DNA of 64,000 nucleotides from Gemmatimonadota bacterium (GTDB lineage Bacteria; Gemmatimonadota; Gemmatimonadetes; Palauibacterales; Palauibacteraceae): NCBI GenBank assembly GCA_049668445.1, contig JBATJK010000179.1, positions 10,567 to 74,566 of the forward strand, read 5' to 3'. Shown piece by piece: positions 38,993 to 48,589 of this stretch (position 1 is its first letter; each line of letters starts with the position of its first letter). The notes under the pieces were generated by a model. It saw only the letters and a program-made list of their open reading frames with translations, ran no database searches and was not told where the DNA came from. The position numbers and the translations under genes were made by a program.

Positions 38993-41260
38993 CTACCGAC
39001 CCATCCAGCTGGCCTGCGCCGGCGCTGCCGGCTGCGGTGCCGTTTCGAGCAGCGTCCGGTGAAGAAACCGGGTCATCATCTCGTACAGGTTGACCGAGAG
39101 GACGCGGCCCCGAACGCCGTGACGTTGGCCCGGGTACAACCTCATGTCGAATTGCTTCCCCGCCTGTTCGAGCTCGGCGATCATCCTGAGGGTGTTCTGC
39201 GGGTGCACGTTGTCGTCCGCGGTACCGTGGATGATCAGCAATTCGCCTTCCAGGCCTTCGGCGTGTGAGAGCGGCGCCCCGACCGAGTACCCCTCGGGGT
39301 TCTCCTGGGGCGTCCGCATGAAGCGCTCCGTGTAAATCGTGTCATACAGCTCCCAGGAAGTCACGGGCGCGCCCGCGATCGCCGCCGCAACATGATTGCC
39401 GCCCAGGAGCGCTGTCATCAGCGACATATACCCGCCGTAGCTCCAGCCCCAGATACCGATACGAGAGGCGTCCACGTAGGGCAGGTCGCCGAGCTGTCGT
39501 ATGGCCGCCAGCTGGTCCTCCGTCTCCAGCTGTCCGAGACGCAGGTAGACCTGCTTCTCGAACTCGCGCCCGCGCGCACCTGTCCCCCGGTTGTCCACGC
39601 TCGCGACCAGGATGCCCTCGCGCACCAGCATCTGGTGCCACAGGTACCGCGTGCCTCCCCACGAATCCCTCACGGTCTGACTTCCGGGTCCCCCATAGAC
39701 GTACAGGAGCAGCGGGTACGTATTCCCCGGATCGAAGTCACGCGGCTTGATGATCCAGGCGTTCAGCGCGCTTCCGTCTCCCGCCTGCAGCGTGAAGAAC
39801 TCCGGTTCGCGCAGGTCGAGACCCTCCAGCGTTTCCACCAGCTCGGCGTTATCGGCCAGTACCCGTACTTCGCTACCATCCGCTACCCGCCGAAGTCGCG
39901 TCACGGGCGGCGTTCCAATGGAGGAGTAGGTGTCGGTGAAAAACACGAAATCCGGACTGAACCGCGCCGAGTGGGTTCCACGCCCGCCGGCGAGCCGAGT
40001 CATGTCTCCACCCTCGAGTGGCGCGCTGTAAACCGATCGGGTGGTCGGGCTTTCCGAAGCCGCGGTGAAGAAGATCCGCCCCTCGGCCTCGTCCACTCCG
40101 TGGAATGCCGTCACGTCCCAGTTGCCGCGCGTGAGCTGGCGTACCATCCGCCCCGAGCGGTCGTACAGGTACACGTGCGAGAACCCGTCCCGGTCGCTAG
40201 TCCAGGTGAATCCCTGGCCGTCATCGATCCAGTGCAGGTCGTTGTTGGCATTGAGCCAGGCCTCGTCCCGCTCCGAGAACAAAAGCGAGGTCTGGCCTGT
40301 CTGCGCATCGCCAAGGAGGAGATCGAGTTGGCTCTGATGTCGGTTCAGTCGCTGGATAACCACTTCGTCCGAAGACGAAGCCCACTCCATCCGCGCAATG
40401 TAGATGTCCTCGTCGGACCCGATGTCGAACCAGGTGGTCTCGCCAGAAGCCAGCTCAACCGAGCCCACACGGACCTTGGAATTGGCCTCGCCGGCTTTTG
40501 GATAGCGAATCCCGTTGAGTTCGGGATAGAGCGGCATGGCGTCCACCAGCCAGTAGGTGCGAATCGGGCTCTGGTCGAACCGCCAGTAGGCGAGCCTCGA
40601 GCCGTCAGGACTCCACCGGAAGGCATCCCGCAGACCCAGTTCCTCTTCGTACACCCAGTCCGTGGTGCCGTTGATGATCGTCTCACTGCCATCGAAGGTG
40701 AGGCGCTGCTCCTCGCCGCTGGAGAGATCGTTGACGAAGATGTCGTTGTCGCGGACGTACGCGACCTGCCGCCCGTCGGGAGAGAACTTGGCGAACATCT
40801 GCCATCCCTCAGCATCACTCACCGGAATGAGGCGGCGGGTCGGAAAATCGAAGACGTAGTAGCGACCCTTCGTACGAGCCCTCCATACCTGCTGGCTTTC
40901 CGCGAAGATCAGAACGCGCCTGCCGTCGGCCGAGAACGCATACCCCTCGATCTGCAGGGAATCGCCAGACCCCTCCTTGATCAACTCGGCCGCCGAGATC
41001 AGCTTCTCCCGCTGACCCGTCCGGGCATCGACCTGCCACAGTTCGCTGTGTTCCGCGGAATCGCGATCGATCGTGGACCAGTGCAGTCCGTCGGGCATCC
41101 AGCGCACCGAGACCGACTGCCCGCTGAAGTCGCCGCTTCCAAAGATCCGCTCGACCGTAAGGTCCTGCTGCCCCATGGCTGCCGAGGGACTGGAGATCGA
41201 GAGAAATCCGGCCGCCAACGCCCCGACCACCATCCGGGCCGTGTATCGCACGTACGTCAT
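38993..41260 (-). CDS. S9-family serine peptidase (dipeptidyl-peptidase IV / prolyl oligopeptidase-like) with N-terminal beta-propeller
   Basis: Catalytic Ser motif GWSYGGYM, Asp/His region (IIHGTADDNVH); DPP-IV N-terminal propeller; signal peptide from the internal Met (MTYVRYTARMVVGALAAGFLSISSPSAAMG). Confidence 0.85.
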   Translation of the reverse strand: MTYVRYTARMVVGALAAGFLSISSPSAAMGQQDLTVERIFGSGDFSGQSVSVRWMPDGLHWSTIDRDSAEHSELWQVDARTGQREKLISAAELIKEGSGDSLQIEGYAFSADGRRVLIFAESQQVWRARTKGRYYVFDFPTRRLIPVSDAEGWQMFAKFSPDGRQVAYVRDNDIFVNDLSSGEEQRLTFDGSETIINGTTDWVYEEELGLRDAFRWSPDGSRLAYWRFDQSPIRTYWLVDAMPLYPELNGIRYPKAGEANSKVRVGSVELASGETTWFDIGSDEDIYIARMEWASSSDEVVIQRLNRHQSQLDLLLGDAQTGQTSLLFSERDEAWLNANNDLHWIDDGQGFTWTSDRDGFSHVYLYDRSGRMVRQLTRGNWDVTAFHGVDEAEGRIFFTAASESPTTRSVYSAPLEGGDMTRLAGGRGTHSARFSPDFVFFTDTYSSIGTPPVTRLRRVADGSEVRVLADNAELVETLEGLDLREPEFFTLQAGDGSALNAWIIKPRDFDPGNTYPLLLYVYGGPGSQTVRDSWGGTRYLWHQMLVREGILVASVDNRGTGARGREFEKQVYLRLGQLETEDQLAAIRQLGDLPYVDASRIGIWGWSYGGYMSLMTALLGGNHVAAAIAGAPVTSWELYDTIYTERFMRTPQENPEGYSVGAPLSHAEGLEGELLIIHGTADDNVHPQNTLRMIAELEQAGKQFDMRLYPGQRHGVRGRVLSVNLYEMMTRFLHRTLLETAPQPAAPAQASWMGR

Positions 41261-41282
41261 CGAATCACTCCGTCGAATTGAG

Positions 41283-42275
41283 CTACAGAACCCGCAGCAC
41301 CTGCACCCGTGGCAAGCCATAGTGGATCTTCGTCCAGCGTCCCAGCACCGCGTTGCCGTAGTACAGTCGTCCCGTACTCGTGCCCACGAAACCGGACTGT
41401 AGAGCGGTCCGGTCCGTAGCGATGGCCGTAAAGGCCCCTTTCTCCCCCATGGCGCTGGTCTTGAACGCCCCCCAGGTCTCGCCCGAATCGCGGCTGACCA
41501 TGAGGCGCGCCTTCGCGTCGCCCTTCGAGCCCTCCCACGTCGCGGGCGGGCCTGCCGCGACGGCAAGGACCAGAATCGAGTCGCTGGCTCCACGCTCGAA
41601 TTCGGCGTCCAGTCGAGTGCAGTACGCCTGGCCCAGCTCTCCGCCGTGAGACGACCACTTCCTGCCGCGGTCACGGCTGATGTGGAAGCCTCCGCCGGTT
41701 GCCGCGTACACACGGGAGGAGTCCAGGGGATCGGCCATCAGGAAGTGCACATCGTCGAACAGGCCCTCGTTGCAGCCCGTCCACGTGCGTCCGCCATCGT
41801 CGCTGCGGTAGGCTCCACCGATCTCGACCCCAGCATACAGCCGGCGCGAATCGTGCGGATCGGCCACGATCGTGTCCACGCGCGCTGCGCCTTCCCCTGA
41901 GTCCTTCCAGCCCTCCCGGACACCAAGCACCCGGAACTCGGTCATCTCCTCCCAGTTCACCCCCCCGTCGCGCGAGACGTGCAGGGCAGCGGGCTGCGTT
42001 CCAGCATACAGGAGTTCGGGGTCACGCGGTGACACGGCCAGCGAGCGGATGATGTGGCCATCCAGCGGCCCGGTCATCTGCTTCCACGTACGGCCCTGAT
42101 CCTCGCTTCGCCACACGCCATGCCCACTGACGGCGGCATAGAACAAGCGGCCGGCAGGAACGATGGCGCGAACGTCGTCGCCCTCAAAATGACTCTCCTT
42201 GACCTGGGCCGCTCGCTCGCCATGCACCCAGCGAACCACGTACAGACCACCCTTCGTCCCCACTAGTATTCGCAT
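41283..42275 (-). CDS. BNR/Asp-box repeat protein (sialidase-like beta-propeller; Ycf48-like)
   Basis: Repeated S-x-D-x-G-x-T-W motifs (SEDQGRTWK, SRDGGVNWE, SDDGGRTWT, SRDRGRKWS). Confidence 0.6.
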   Translation of the reverse strand: MRILVGTKGGLYVVRWVHGERAAQVKESHFEGDDVRAIVPAGRLFYAAVSGHGVWRSEDQGRTWKQMTGPLDGHIIRSLAVSPRDPELLYAGTQPAALHVSRDGGVNWEEMTEFRVLGVREGWKDSGEGAARVDTIVADPHDSRRLYAGVEIGGAYRSDDGGRTWTGCNEGLFDDVHFLMADPLDSSRVYAATGGGFHISRDRGRKWSSHGGELGQAYCTRLDAEFERGASDSILVLAVAAGPPATWEGSKGDAKARLMVSRDSGETWGAFKTSAMGEKGAFTAIATDRTALQSGFVGTSTGRLYYGNAVLGRWTKIHYGLPRVQVLRVL

Positions 42276-42482
42276 CGAATCGATTCCCTTGTTCAGTCCG
42301 ACATCTCATGTCCAGGATGCAGGGCCGTGAACACGGCCCAGAGAGCACCGCAAGGTCGCTTTCGTGGGGCTTCCGGGCAAGTTTCGGCGGCGGCCTGAGT
42401 GTCCGCCTTCCCGAATCAGATTGACACGACTGCGGGCTCTACTACTTTGGCGAACCGCGTCCCATATCTCAGAGGTCATGCA

Positions 42483-43421
42483 ATGTCGTTGGTTCGTCTA
42501 CAAGAGGTCGCCAAGAGTTTCGGCGAGGTACGTGCCGTGGACGGCGTCTCGTTTTCTATCGACCGTGGCGAGGTGGTCGGATTTCTGGGTCCAAACGGAG
42601 CGGGCAAGACCACGACCATGCGTCTGATCACGAGGGCCCTGGAACCCGACTCCGGGAGCATCGAGATCGACGGCCGGTCGGTGGACGAGGACCCGGCAGA
42701 GGCACGTCGCCGCATCGGATACCTTCCCGAGGCCAACCCCCTGTATCAGGACATGCTGGTCGGTGAGTTCCTGGTGTTCATGGCCAAGTTGCGTGGAATC
42801 GAACCCGCTCAGGCCGCAGATCGAATTGACCCCGCCGTCGAGCAAACCGGAATCGCGGACGTCTACTACCGGCCCATCGCTCACCTGTCGAAAGGATACC
42901 GGCAGCGGGTGGGCCTGGCCCAGGCGATTCTCTCCGAGCCGGACATCCTGATTCTCGACGAGCCCACGGAGGGGCTGGATCCGAATCAGCGGGTGGAGAT
43001 CCGGAAGCTGATCACGAGACTCGGACAGGATCACACGGTCCTTCTGAGCACGCACGTGATGGGGGAAGTGCAGGCCGTTTGCGATCGACTCCTGATCATT
43101 CACGAGGGGAAGATCATCGCGGACGGCGGGGTGTCTGCCCTGCTGGCTGGAGGCGGCGGCACACGGATTGTCGTGGAGATCGACGCTCAACCGGGAACTC
43201 TCCGTAAGGCCCTCGAAGAGCTCGAGTCCGTGTCCGAGGTCAGGGACGCGGCGGATGGAGGCGCGAGGCCGAGGTTCGTGGTGCACGGAGCCGGCGCCTC
43301 CGACCCACGCCCCGACATTTTCGCCCTGGCCCGGGACCGTGACTGGACCCTGTGGGAGATGCAGAGGCAGCAGGAAGACCTGGAGCAGTTCTTCCGCGAC
43401 CTGACGGAGGCGGGCTCATGA
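42483..43421 (+). CDS. ABC transporter ATP-binding protein (GldA-like)
   Basis: Walker A GPNGAGKTT, signature LSKGYRQRVGLAQA, Walker B ILILDEPTEGLD, H-loop. Confidence 0.85.
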   Translation: MSLVRLQEVAKSFGEVRAVDGVSFSIDRGEVVGFLGPNGAGKTTTMRLITRALEPDSGSIEIDGRSVDEDPAEARRRIGYLPEANPLYQDMLVGEFLVFMAKLRGIEPAQAADRIDPAVEQTGIADVYYRPIAHLSKGYRQRVGLAQAILSEPDILILDEPTEGLDPNQRVEIRKLITRLGQDHTVLLSTHVMGEVQAVCDRLLIIHEGKIIADGGVSALLAGGGGTRIVVEIDAQPGTLRKALEELESVSEVRDAADGGARPRFVVHGAGASDPRPDIFALARDRDWTLWEMQRQQEDLEQFFRDLTEAGS

Positions 43422-45679
43422 CCAGAAACGTCTCCGCCATCGCGGGCCGCGAGTTCCGCAGCTTCTTCGACCAGGCAACGGCCTACATCCTGGTCGTCGT
43501 GTTCCTGGTGGCGAACTTCTTCTTCTACTTCCGGACCGTCTTCGTCACCGCCGAGGCCACGCTCCGACCGATGTTCGAACTCATGCCCTGGCTGCTCCTG
43601 TTCTTCGTCCCCGCTGTCACCATGCGGTCGCTGGCGGAGGAACGGTCGCGGGGCACGCTCGAACTGGTGCTCTCACAACCGATCTCGAGCCTCGAGTTCC
43701 TGCTGGGCAAGTTCCTCGGGATCATGGGATTCATGGCCGTGGCCCTGGCCGGGACCCTGGGCGCGGCGATCGGGCTCAGGCTCGGAGGAGCACCCTATTT
43801 TGGGGTCATGTTCGCCCAGTACACGGGCGCCCTGCTCCTCACGGGCGCCCTCGTCGCCATCGGCCTGTGGGCGTCCTCCCTGACGCGAAATCAGATCACG
43901 GCCTTCATCGCCGCGCTGACCGTGATCTTCGTGCTCATGGCCATTACGATGAACGTCGTCCTGATCGGGCTGCCCCCGGCCCTGGCGGTCGCTGCGACAC
44001 GACTCGGCCTGCTGACGCACTTCTCGGCGATCACGCGTGGCGTTCTCGACCTGCGTGACCTGGTCTACTTCGTTTCGATTACCGTGGCCTTCCTCGGCCT
44101 GGCCTATCTGATGATCGAGCGTGGTCGCCTCAACCTGAAGGGCAGGTCCTGGCGCACCCTGCGGATCGGTATCCTCGGCATCCTGCTGATCTGCGTGGTG
44201 GTGAACCTGCTGGGCCGGCACATCCGGGGCAGGATCGATCTTACCCCCGGCAAGATGTACACCCTGTCGTCCACCACTCGCGCGGTTCTCGAGAATTTGG
44301 ACGACGTGGTCACGCTGAAGTTCTTCGCCTCGCGCGAACTCCCTCCGCAGGTGGAGCTGGTCCGGAGGGACGTCGAGGATCTGTTGTCCGACTACGCGGC
44401 AAACGCGGGCGACAACCTGCAGCTACTTCGATTCAGCCCGTCCGCCGACGACCCCGAGGGTCTGGCGGAAGCCGAGCAGATGGAAATTCCTGCGATCCAG
44501 TTCAACGTGCTGGGGCAGGACGAGTTCCAGGTCCGACAGGGATATCTCGGCATCGCGATCCAGTACGCGGACCAGACGGCCAACGTGCCCTTCGTACGAC
44601 AGACGGACGATCTCGAGTACCGACTGACGAGCGCCATCCTGGCTCTCACGAATCCGGCCCGCACGACTCTCGGTTTCCTGACGGGGCACGGTGAGGCGGA
44701 CATCGGGGGTGCGGCTTCCTTGTTCGCCGAGACGCTCGGCCAGAGCTACGACGTCAGGCCCGTGGATCTCACGGCTGAAGGGACCGAGGTCCCCGACGCG
44801 GTCCGCGTCCTGATCGTGCAGGGACCGGAGACGCCGCTGTCGGAATCCGAGGGGGAGGCGCTGAGGGCGTTCCTGGCGAGGGGCGGCAACATGCTGCTCA
44901 TGGTGCAGCCCCTGGCGATCGACGAGACGCAGGCCTTTCCGAATCCACAGCCCCACCCGGTGTTGGACGGGCTGCTGGCCGAGTACGGGGTCGCCGTCCC
45001 CGAGGGGATGGTCATCGATCATCGATCCAGCGGAAGGGTGACGCTTTCATCCTCCGGCGCCGGCTACGTGGTACCCTATCCGCTGTGGCCTATCGTCGTG
45101 CCCGCCAGCGCACACGCCATGGTCGAGGGCTTGACCGGAGTGCTTCTGCCGTGGTCCAGTCCCCTCGACCTGTCGCGGGCGGACACCACCACCGTGACTC
45201 CGCTCCTGGCGACGACGGAGTTCGGACAGCACCTGACCGGGCCGCACCCGCTCAACCCGCAGTTCGATTGGAATTCGATCGCCGCCAACCTGAGGCCACA
45301 ACCAATGGCCGCTGCCATTCTGCCCAGGACGTCGGGCGGCGCGGACGCCGAGGGAGGAGAATCAGCGGGTGGGAGGCTGGTGCTGGTGGGCGACGCGGAC
45401 TTCGCCTCCAACCGGTTCGTCGGAGGCGAGGCCGGTAACATCGTGTTCCTCACGAACGCCGTGGACTGGCTCGCGCAGGACGAATCGCTGATTCAGATCC
45501 GGGCCAAGCTGCGCAGTGCACCGCCTCTCCTGTATTCGTCCGAACGGATGAGAGACCTGGCGAAGTACGGCAACCTGATCGGCGTTCCGCTCCTGTTCGT
45601 ATTGATCGGCGCGTGGAGGCTGGCCAGGCGGAGACGGCTGCAGGCCAGGAAGTACAAGGGCGCTGGAGTGATTGCGTGA
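43418..45679 (+). CDS. ABC-2 family permease fused to a GldG-like auxiliary domain
   Basis: N-terminal six-TM ABC-2 permease (GldF-like) then a roughly 500-aa GldG-like domain with a C-terminal TM anchor; ATGA overlap with the ATPase gene. Confidence 0.7.
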   Translation: MTRNVSAIAGREFRSFFDQATAYILVVVFLVANFFFYFRTVFVTAEATLRPMFELMPWLLLFFVPAVTMRSLAEERSRGTLELVLSQPISSLEFLLGKFLGIMGFMAVALAGTLGAAIGLRLGGAPYFGVMFAQYTGALLLTGALVAIGLWASSLTRNQITAFIAALTVIFVLMAITMNVVLIGLPPALAVAATRLGLLTHFSAITRGVLDLRDLVYFVSITVAFLGLAYLMIERGRLNLKGRSWRTLRIGILGILLICVVVNLLGRHIRGRIDLTPGKMYTLSSTTRAVLENLDDVVTLKFFASRELPPQVELVRRDVEDLLSDYAANAGDNLQLLRFSPSADDPEGLAEAEQMEIPAIQFNVLGQDEFQVRQGYLGIAIQYADQTANVPFVRQTDDLEYRLTSAILALTNPARTTLGFLTGHGEADIGGAASLFAETLGQSYDVRPVDLTAEGTEVPDAVRVLIVQGPETPLSESEGEALRAFLARGGNMLLMVQPLAIDETQAFPNPQPHPVLDGLLAEYGVAVPEGMVIDHRSSGRVTLSSSGAGYVVPYPLWPIVVPASAHAMVEGLTGVLLPWSSPLDLSRADTTTVTPLLATTEFGQHLTGPHPLNPQFDWNSIAANLRPQPMAAAILPRTSGGADAEGGESAGGRLVLVGDADFASNRFVGGEAGNIVFLTNAVDWLAQDESLIQIRAKLRSAPPLLYSSERMRDLAKYGNLIGVPLLFVLIGAWRLARRRRLQARKYKGAGVIA

Positions 45680-46617
45680 AGTCGAGACAGATCAAGGCCA
45701 TATTCGCCGCGCTCAGCCTTCTGCTCGTTGCCTACGTGGCCGTGCAACTGCTGTCCGGGAAAGGCCCCGCCGCGGGAAGTGACAGCATCTCCGCATCGGT
45801 ACGAGACGGCTTCAGCGTCGTTCGGGTGCTCACGCCGGACGCCGCGGATTCAGTTCGACTCGAGGAGGCGGACGGCGCCTGGACCGTCAACGGATATCCG
45901 GCCGATTCCTCCCTGGTGCGGGAGCTGGCAGAGGGTCTCGACTCGGCTCGGGTCGGCAGACTCGTGGCCCGCAGCGCGACCAACCATGCACGCCTCGGAG
46001 TCTCGGACGACTCGGCCCGCCGAATCGAGATCGGCCCCGTCGGCGACCCAAGCATCATGTTTCTCATGGGAGGGGGGGGGACCGACGGCCGGTTCGTTCG
46101 ATTCCCGCCCTCGGACGACGTCTTCACCGTATCCGCCGCCTCCATGCGGCCACTGGGAAGATCCGCCGAGGAATGGCGCGACCGGGTGGTGGCCTCAGTG
46201 GATACTTCGACCGTGACCCGTATCGCGGTCAGGCGAAACGACCAGCCCGAGCCTGTTCTGTTGGCGAGAACCGGTGGGAGCGAGGCGGCTCCGGGGTGGA
46301 ACCTGGATGGCCAGGCCGTGGACTCGGTATTTGTGCACGCCCTTCTGCAGGAATCCGCTGAACTGGTGGCCACCGGTTTCCCATCCGACTCGGTCGCCTT
46401 CGCGGTCGACTTCGGCAGTCCCGTTGCCGTGCTCGAGATGTTCGACACCGACGGACCCGGAGCAGCGCCCGCCCTGTCGCTGCTCTTCCTCACCGCCCCC
46501 GACGCTCCCGATTTCCTGGTTCGCCGCGCTGACAACGCGCTGGTCTACCGGATTTCGGCGGCACAAGCAGAGTGGCTGCTGCCGACGCGGGCGATGTTGC
46601 TGGGAACTGCTGAATAG
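45676..46617 (+). CDS. DUF4340-like protein, usual partner of GldG-type ABC systems
   Basis: GTG start overlapping the upstream TGA (GTGA); N-terminal TM anchor (IKAIFAALSLLLVAYVAVQLL); position after the GldG-like gene. Confidence 0.5.
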   Translation: MKSRQIKAIFAALSLLLVAYVAVQLLSGKGPAAGSDSISASVRDGFSVVRVLTPDAADSVRLEEADGAWTVNGYPADSSLVRELAEGLDSARVGRLVARSATNHARLGVSDDSARRIEIGPVGDPSIMFLMGGGGTDGRFVRFPPSDDVFTVSAASMRPLGRSAEEWRDRVVASVDTSTVTRIAVRRNDQPEPVLLARTGGSEAAPGWNLDGQAVDSVFVHALLQESAELVATGFPSDSVAFAVDFGSPVAVLEMFDTDGPGAAPALSLLFLTAPDAPDFLVRRADNALVYRISAAQAEWLLPTRAMLLGTAE

Positions 46618-47019
46618 AAGCGCCGAGACCTGCCCCCTACGAACTAGTCCTCGCTGCGCTGCGGAGACGTTCTCCGGGGGCAGGCACTCGACGCCCAAAA
46701 ACCCCTCACCGACAGCAGCGACCGGCGCGCGGCGATCAGTATCGGAGGCGGCCGAGCCATCTAAACACTTGCTACATAATATCATGCGGGGCCGTCGCGT
46801 CTCCGCACGAGACATACCGGCTCATTCCTTGGTGAGCGCCGACGACCCTCGCCGCCCCCGAAGCTAACGCACCCGCAACGACTTAGCTGACCGGTCCGAT
46901 GCGAGTACTCGTACGGCACACATCGTGCGCCCCGACGAGCCTGAAATACACCCGCCTCACGCGCCCCGAGGCAAGGCGTTGTGTCTTGCTGAGCTTTCGG
47001 CAGCGGCCCAACAAAGAGT

Positions 47020-47211
47020 CGCGCGTCGTCTGCGCCCTTTTGTTCACCGCCTTGGCTCCACTCTGCAACTCGGGCAGCAGGCCACGGAGACTGCGAGGCG
47101 GACTGCCTGCTTAAGAACAACTGCCTGACCGGGTCAACGAGTTGCATCTATGAGACAACGTGCGGTGGCGAGCCGTATTCGTGCTCCATTGCCAACAAGA
47201 AGGCCAACTAG
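47020..47211 (+). pseudogene. Decayed tandem copy of the downstream Cys-rich secreted peptide gene (start lost, frameshift between signal and mature parts)
   Basis: Mature-peptide-like frame DCEADCLLKNNCLTGSTSCIYETTCGGEPYSCSIANKKAN* ends at 47209-47211 and aligns with the intact copy. A signal-like remnant (VVCALLFTALAPLC) lies in a different frame with no ATG or RBS. Confidence 0.4.
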
Positions 47212-47268
47212 AGTCACAGTCGGTCCCCCAAGGACTATGCCAAGTGAGTCTCATAAAGGGAGGTTGCC

Positions 47269-47478
47269 ATGAGGAAGGTCCTCGTCGTTTGCGCACTTCT
47301 GTTCACCGCTCTGGCCATGTTCTGGGTGGCATCTATTCAGGCAGCAGACCAGGAGGATTGTGAGAAGCGGTGCCAGAGGATCAACGATTGCGAGAACGGA
47401 TCAGCAAGCTGTGTTTTTGAGACGACGTGTGGCACGGAGCCGTTCTCGTGCACTGTTCCGAGCAAGAAGGCCAACTAG
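47269..47478 (+). CDS. Small secreted cysteine-rich peptide (69-aa precursor, about 41-aa mature peptide with 6 Cys)
   Basis: Strong RBS GGGAGG 7 nt before ATG; signal peptide MRKVLVVCALLFTALAMFWVASIQAADQ; mature DCEKRCQRINDCENGSASCVFETTCGTEPFSCTVPSKKAN with a C-x3-C-x5-C-x6-C-x4-C-x6-C pattern; lies in the lower-GC islet. Confidence 0.6.
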   Translation: MRKVLVVCALLFTALAMFWVASIQAADQEDCEKRCQRINDCENGSASCVFETTCGTEPFSCTVPSKKAN

Positions 47479-47506
47479 GAACTGATTCTCGTTGGGGGAC
47501 CGATAA

Positions 47507-48568
47507 TTGGCTGAGAAACTGGTTGACCGAATAGTACTGGCGGCGCTAGTGGCAACGAGCGTCAGCTGCGCCGATACGCATGAGGGATACAGTCCACCAG
47601 AAGGACTAGAGGTCAAGCGCTTGGTTGTCAGCGAGCTGCTCGTCGAGAGCGACATCCGCGGACTCACTTATGACTTCGATGTTCAGGGCTCTCGGATTGT
47701 CGTCGCAGACGTCTATGCCGACTCAGCCATTGTCGTGTTTGACACAGCAGGCACAGTCCTTCGACGCCTTGGGCCTAAGGGGGAGGGGCCTGGAGAGACG
47801 GGCGTGATTACAGACCTCGAAGTGCGCGGAGACACGGCGTGGTTATGGGATACGAGCCTGAGCCGACTGTACTCTCTTGATCTGGCCGATCCTCAGGCTG
47901 GCCTTGTGGGACGCACACTACCAGCCCCAGGCGAGGGAACAGTAGCTGCCGTCCACCGAGCCAACAATCGCTTCTACGGAACAGGGGCGAGTCGCCAAGG
48001 AACGTTCGCCGAATGGTCGGCCGACTCCTCCAAAGTCCACTGGAAGGGAGAACACAGCCGCCTCGTACGTCGCTTGCCCAAGGAACAGTGGTTGCATGTC
48101 GCCTATACATTCTCCGCCATTCAACCCGACCTTGGCCGACTCGCCCTGGGTTTGCACCAGACCGGTGAGTTCTTGATCGTCGACCTCGCGACCGGAGAGA
48201 CATTGAGCGAACGGCAAGTTGGGTCCTGGCCGATCTTAACTGAACGGATTACACGAGGCGACATGTGGAAGTATCGAATGACCGAGGAGGCCATCATGGG
48301 TTACTATGGGGCTTCAGCCAGCTCGGGCCACGTCGCCGCGTTGTTCATAGGAAAACCAGAGGCAGAGGCCGACCTCGAGAATTCGTATGACGCACGGGAC
48401 ATCCATGTATTCGACTGGAATGGCGAGTTGATCGACATATACAGACTCGACCGGCCCGTCGTTGACATCGCACTCACGGAAGACCGTCTATATGGATTGA
48501 TTGTAGAGCCTATTCCGCAGATCCGCGTGTGGAGGTTGCCGAAGGTCATTCAAGCACCGTGCTTCTGA
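47507..48568 (+). CDS. Hypothetical lipoprotein (possible beta-propeller fold) encoded after the Cys-rich peptide
   Basis: Lipobox LAALVATSVSC; 353 aa with a coding-like pattern; GC content about 55%, lower than the genome background. Confidence 0.55.
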   Translation: MAEKLVDRIVLAALVATSVSCADTHEGYSPPEGLEVKRLVVSELLVESDIRGLTYDFDVQGSRIVVADVYADSAIVVFDTAGTVLRRLGPKGEGPGETGVITDLEVRGDTAWLWDTSLSRLYSLDLADPQAGLVGRTLPAPGEGTVAAVHRANNRFYGTGASRQGTFAEWSADSSKVHWKGEHSRLVRRLPKEQWLHVAYTFSAIQPDLGRLALGLHQTGEFLIVDLATGETLSERQVGSWPILTERITRGDMWKYRMTEEAIMGYYGASASSGHVAALFIGKPEAEADLENSYDARDIHVFDWNGELIDIYRLDRPVVDIALTEDRLYGLIVEPIPQIRVWRLPKVIQAPCF

Positions 48569-48589
48569 TCTGTACTCGGCGGTGTGGGC

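Noticed and set aside
39392-41281. 629-aa plus-strand ORF
   Set aside because: Antisense to the S9 peptidase, which has a catalytic GWSYGG motif.
46195-46815. 206-aa minus-strand ORF and several 60-120-aa ORFs in 46620-47270
   Set aside because: No RBS, Arg-rich low-complexity products; the region is better explained as intergenic with a decayed peptide-gene copy. The ORF at 46899..47114 only reflects the frameshifted signal-peptide remnant of that pseudogene.
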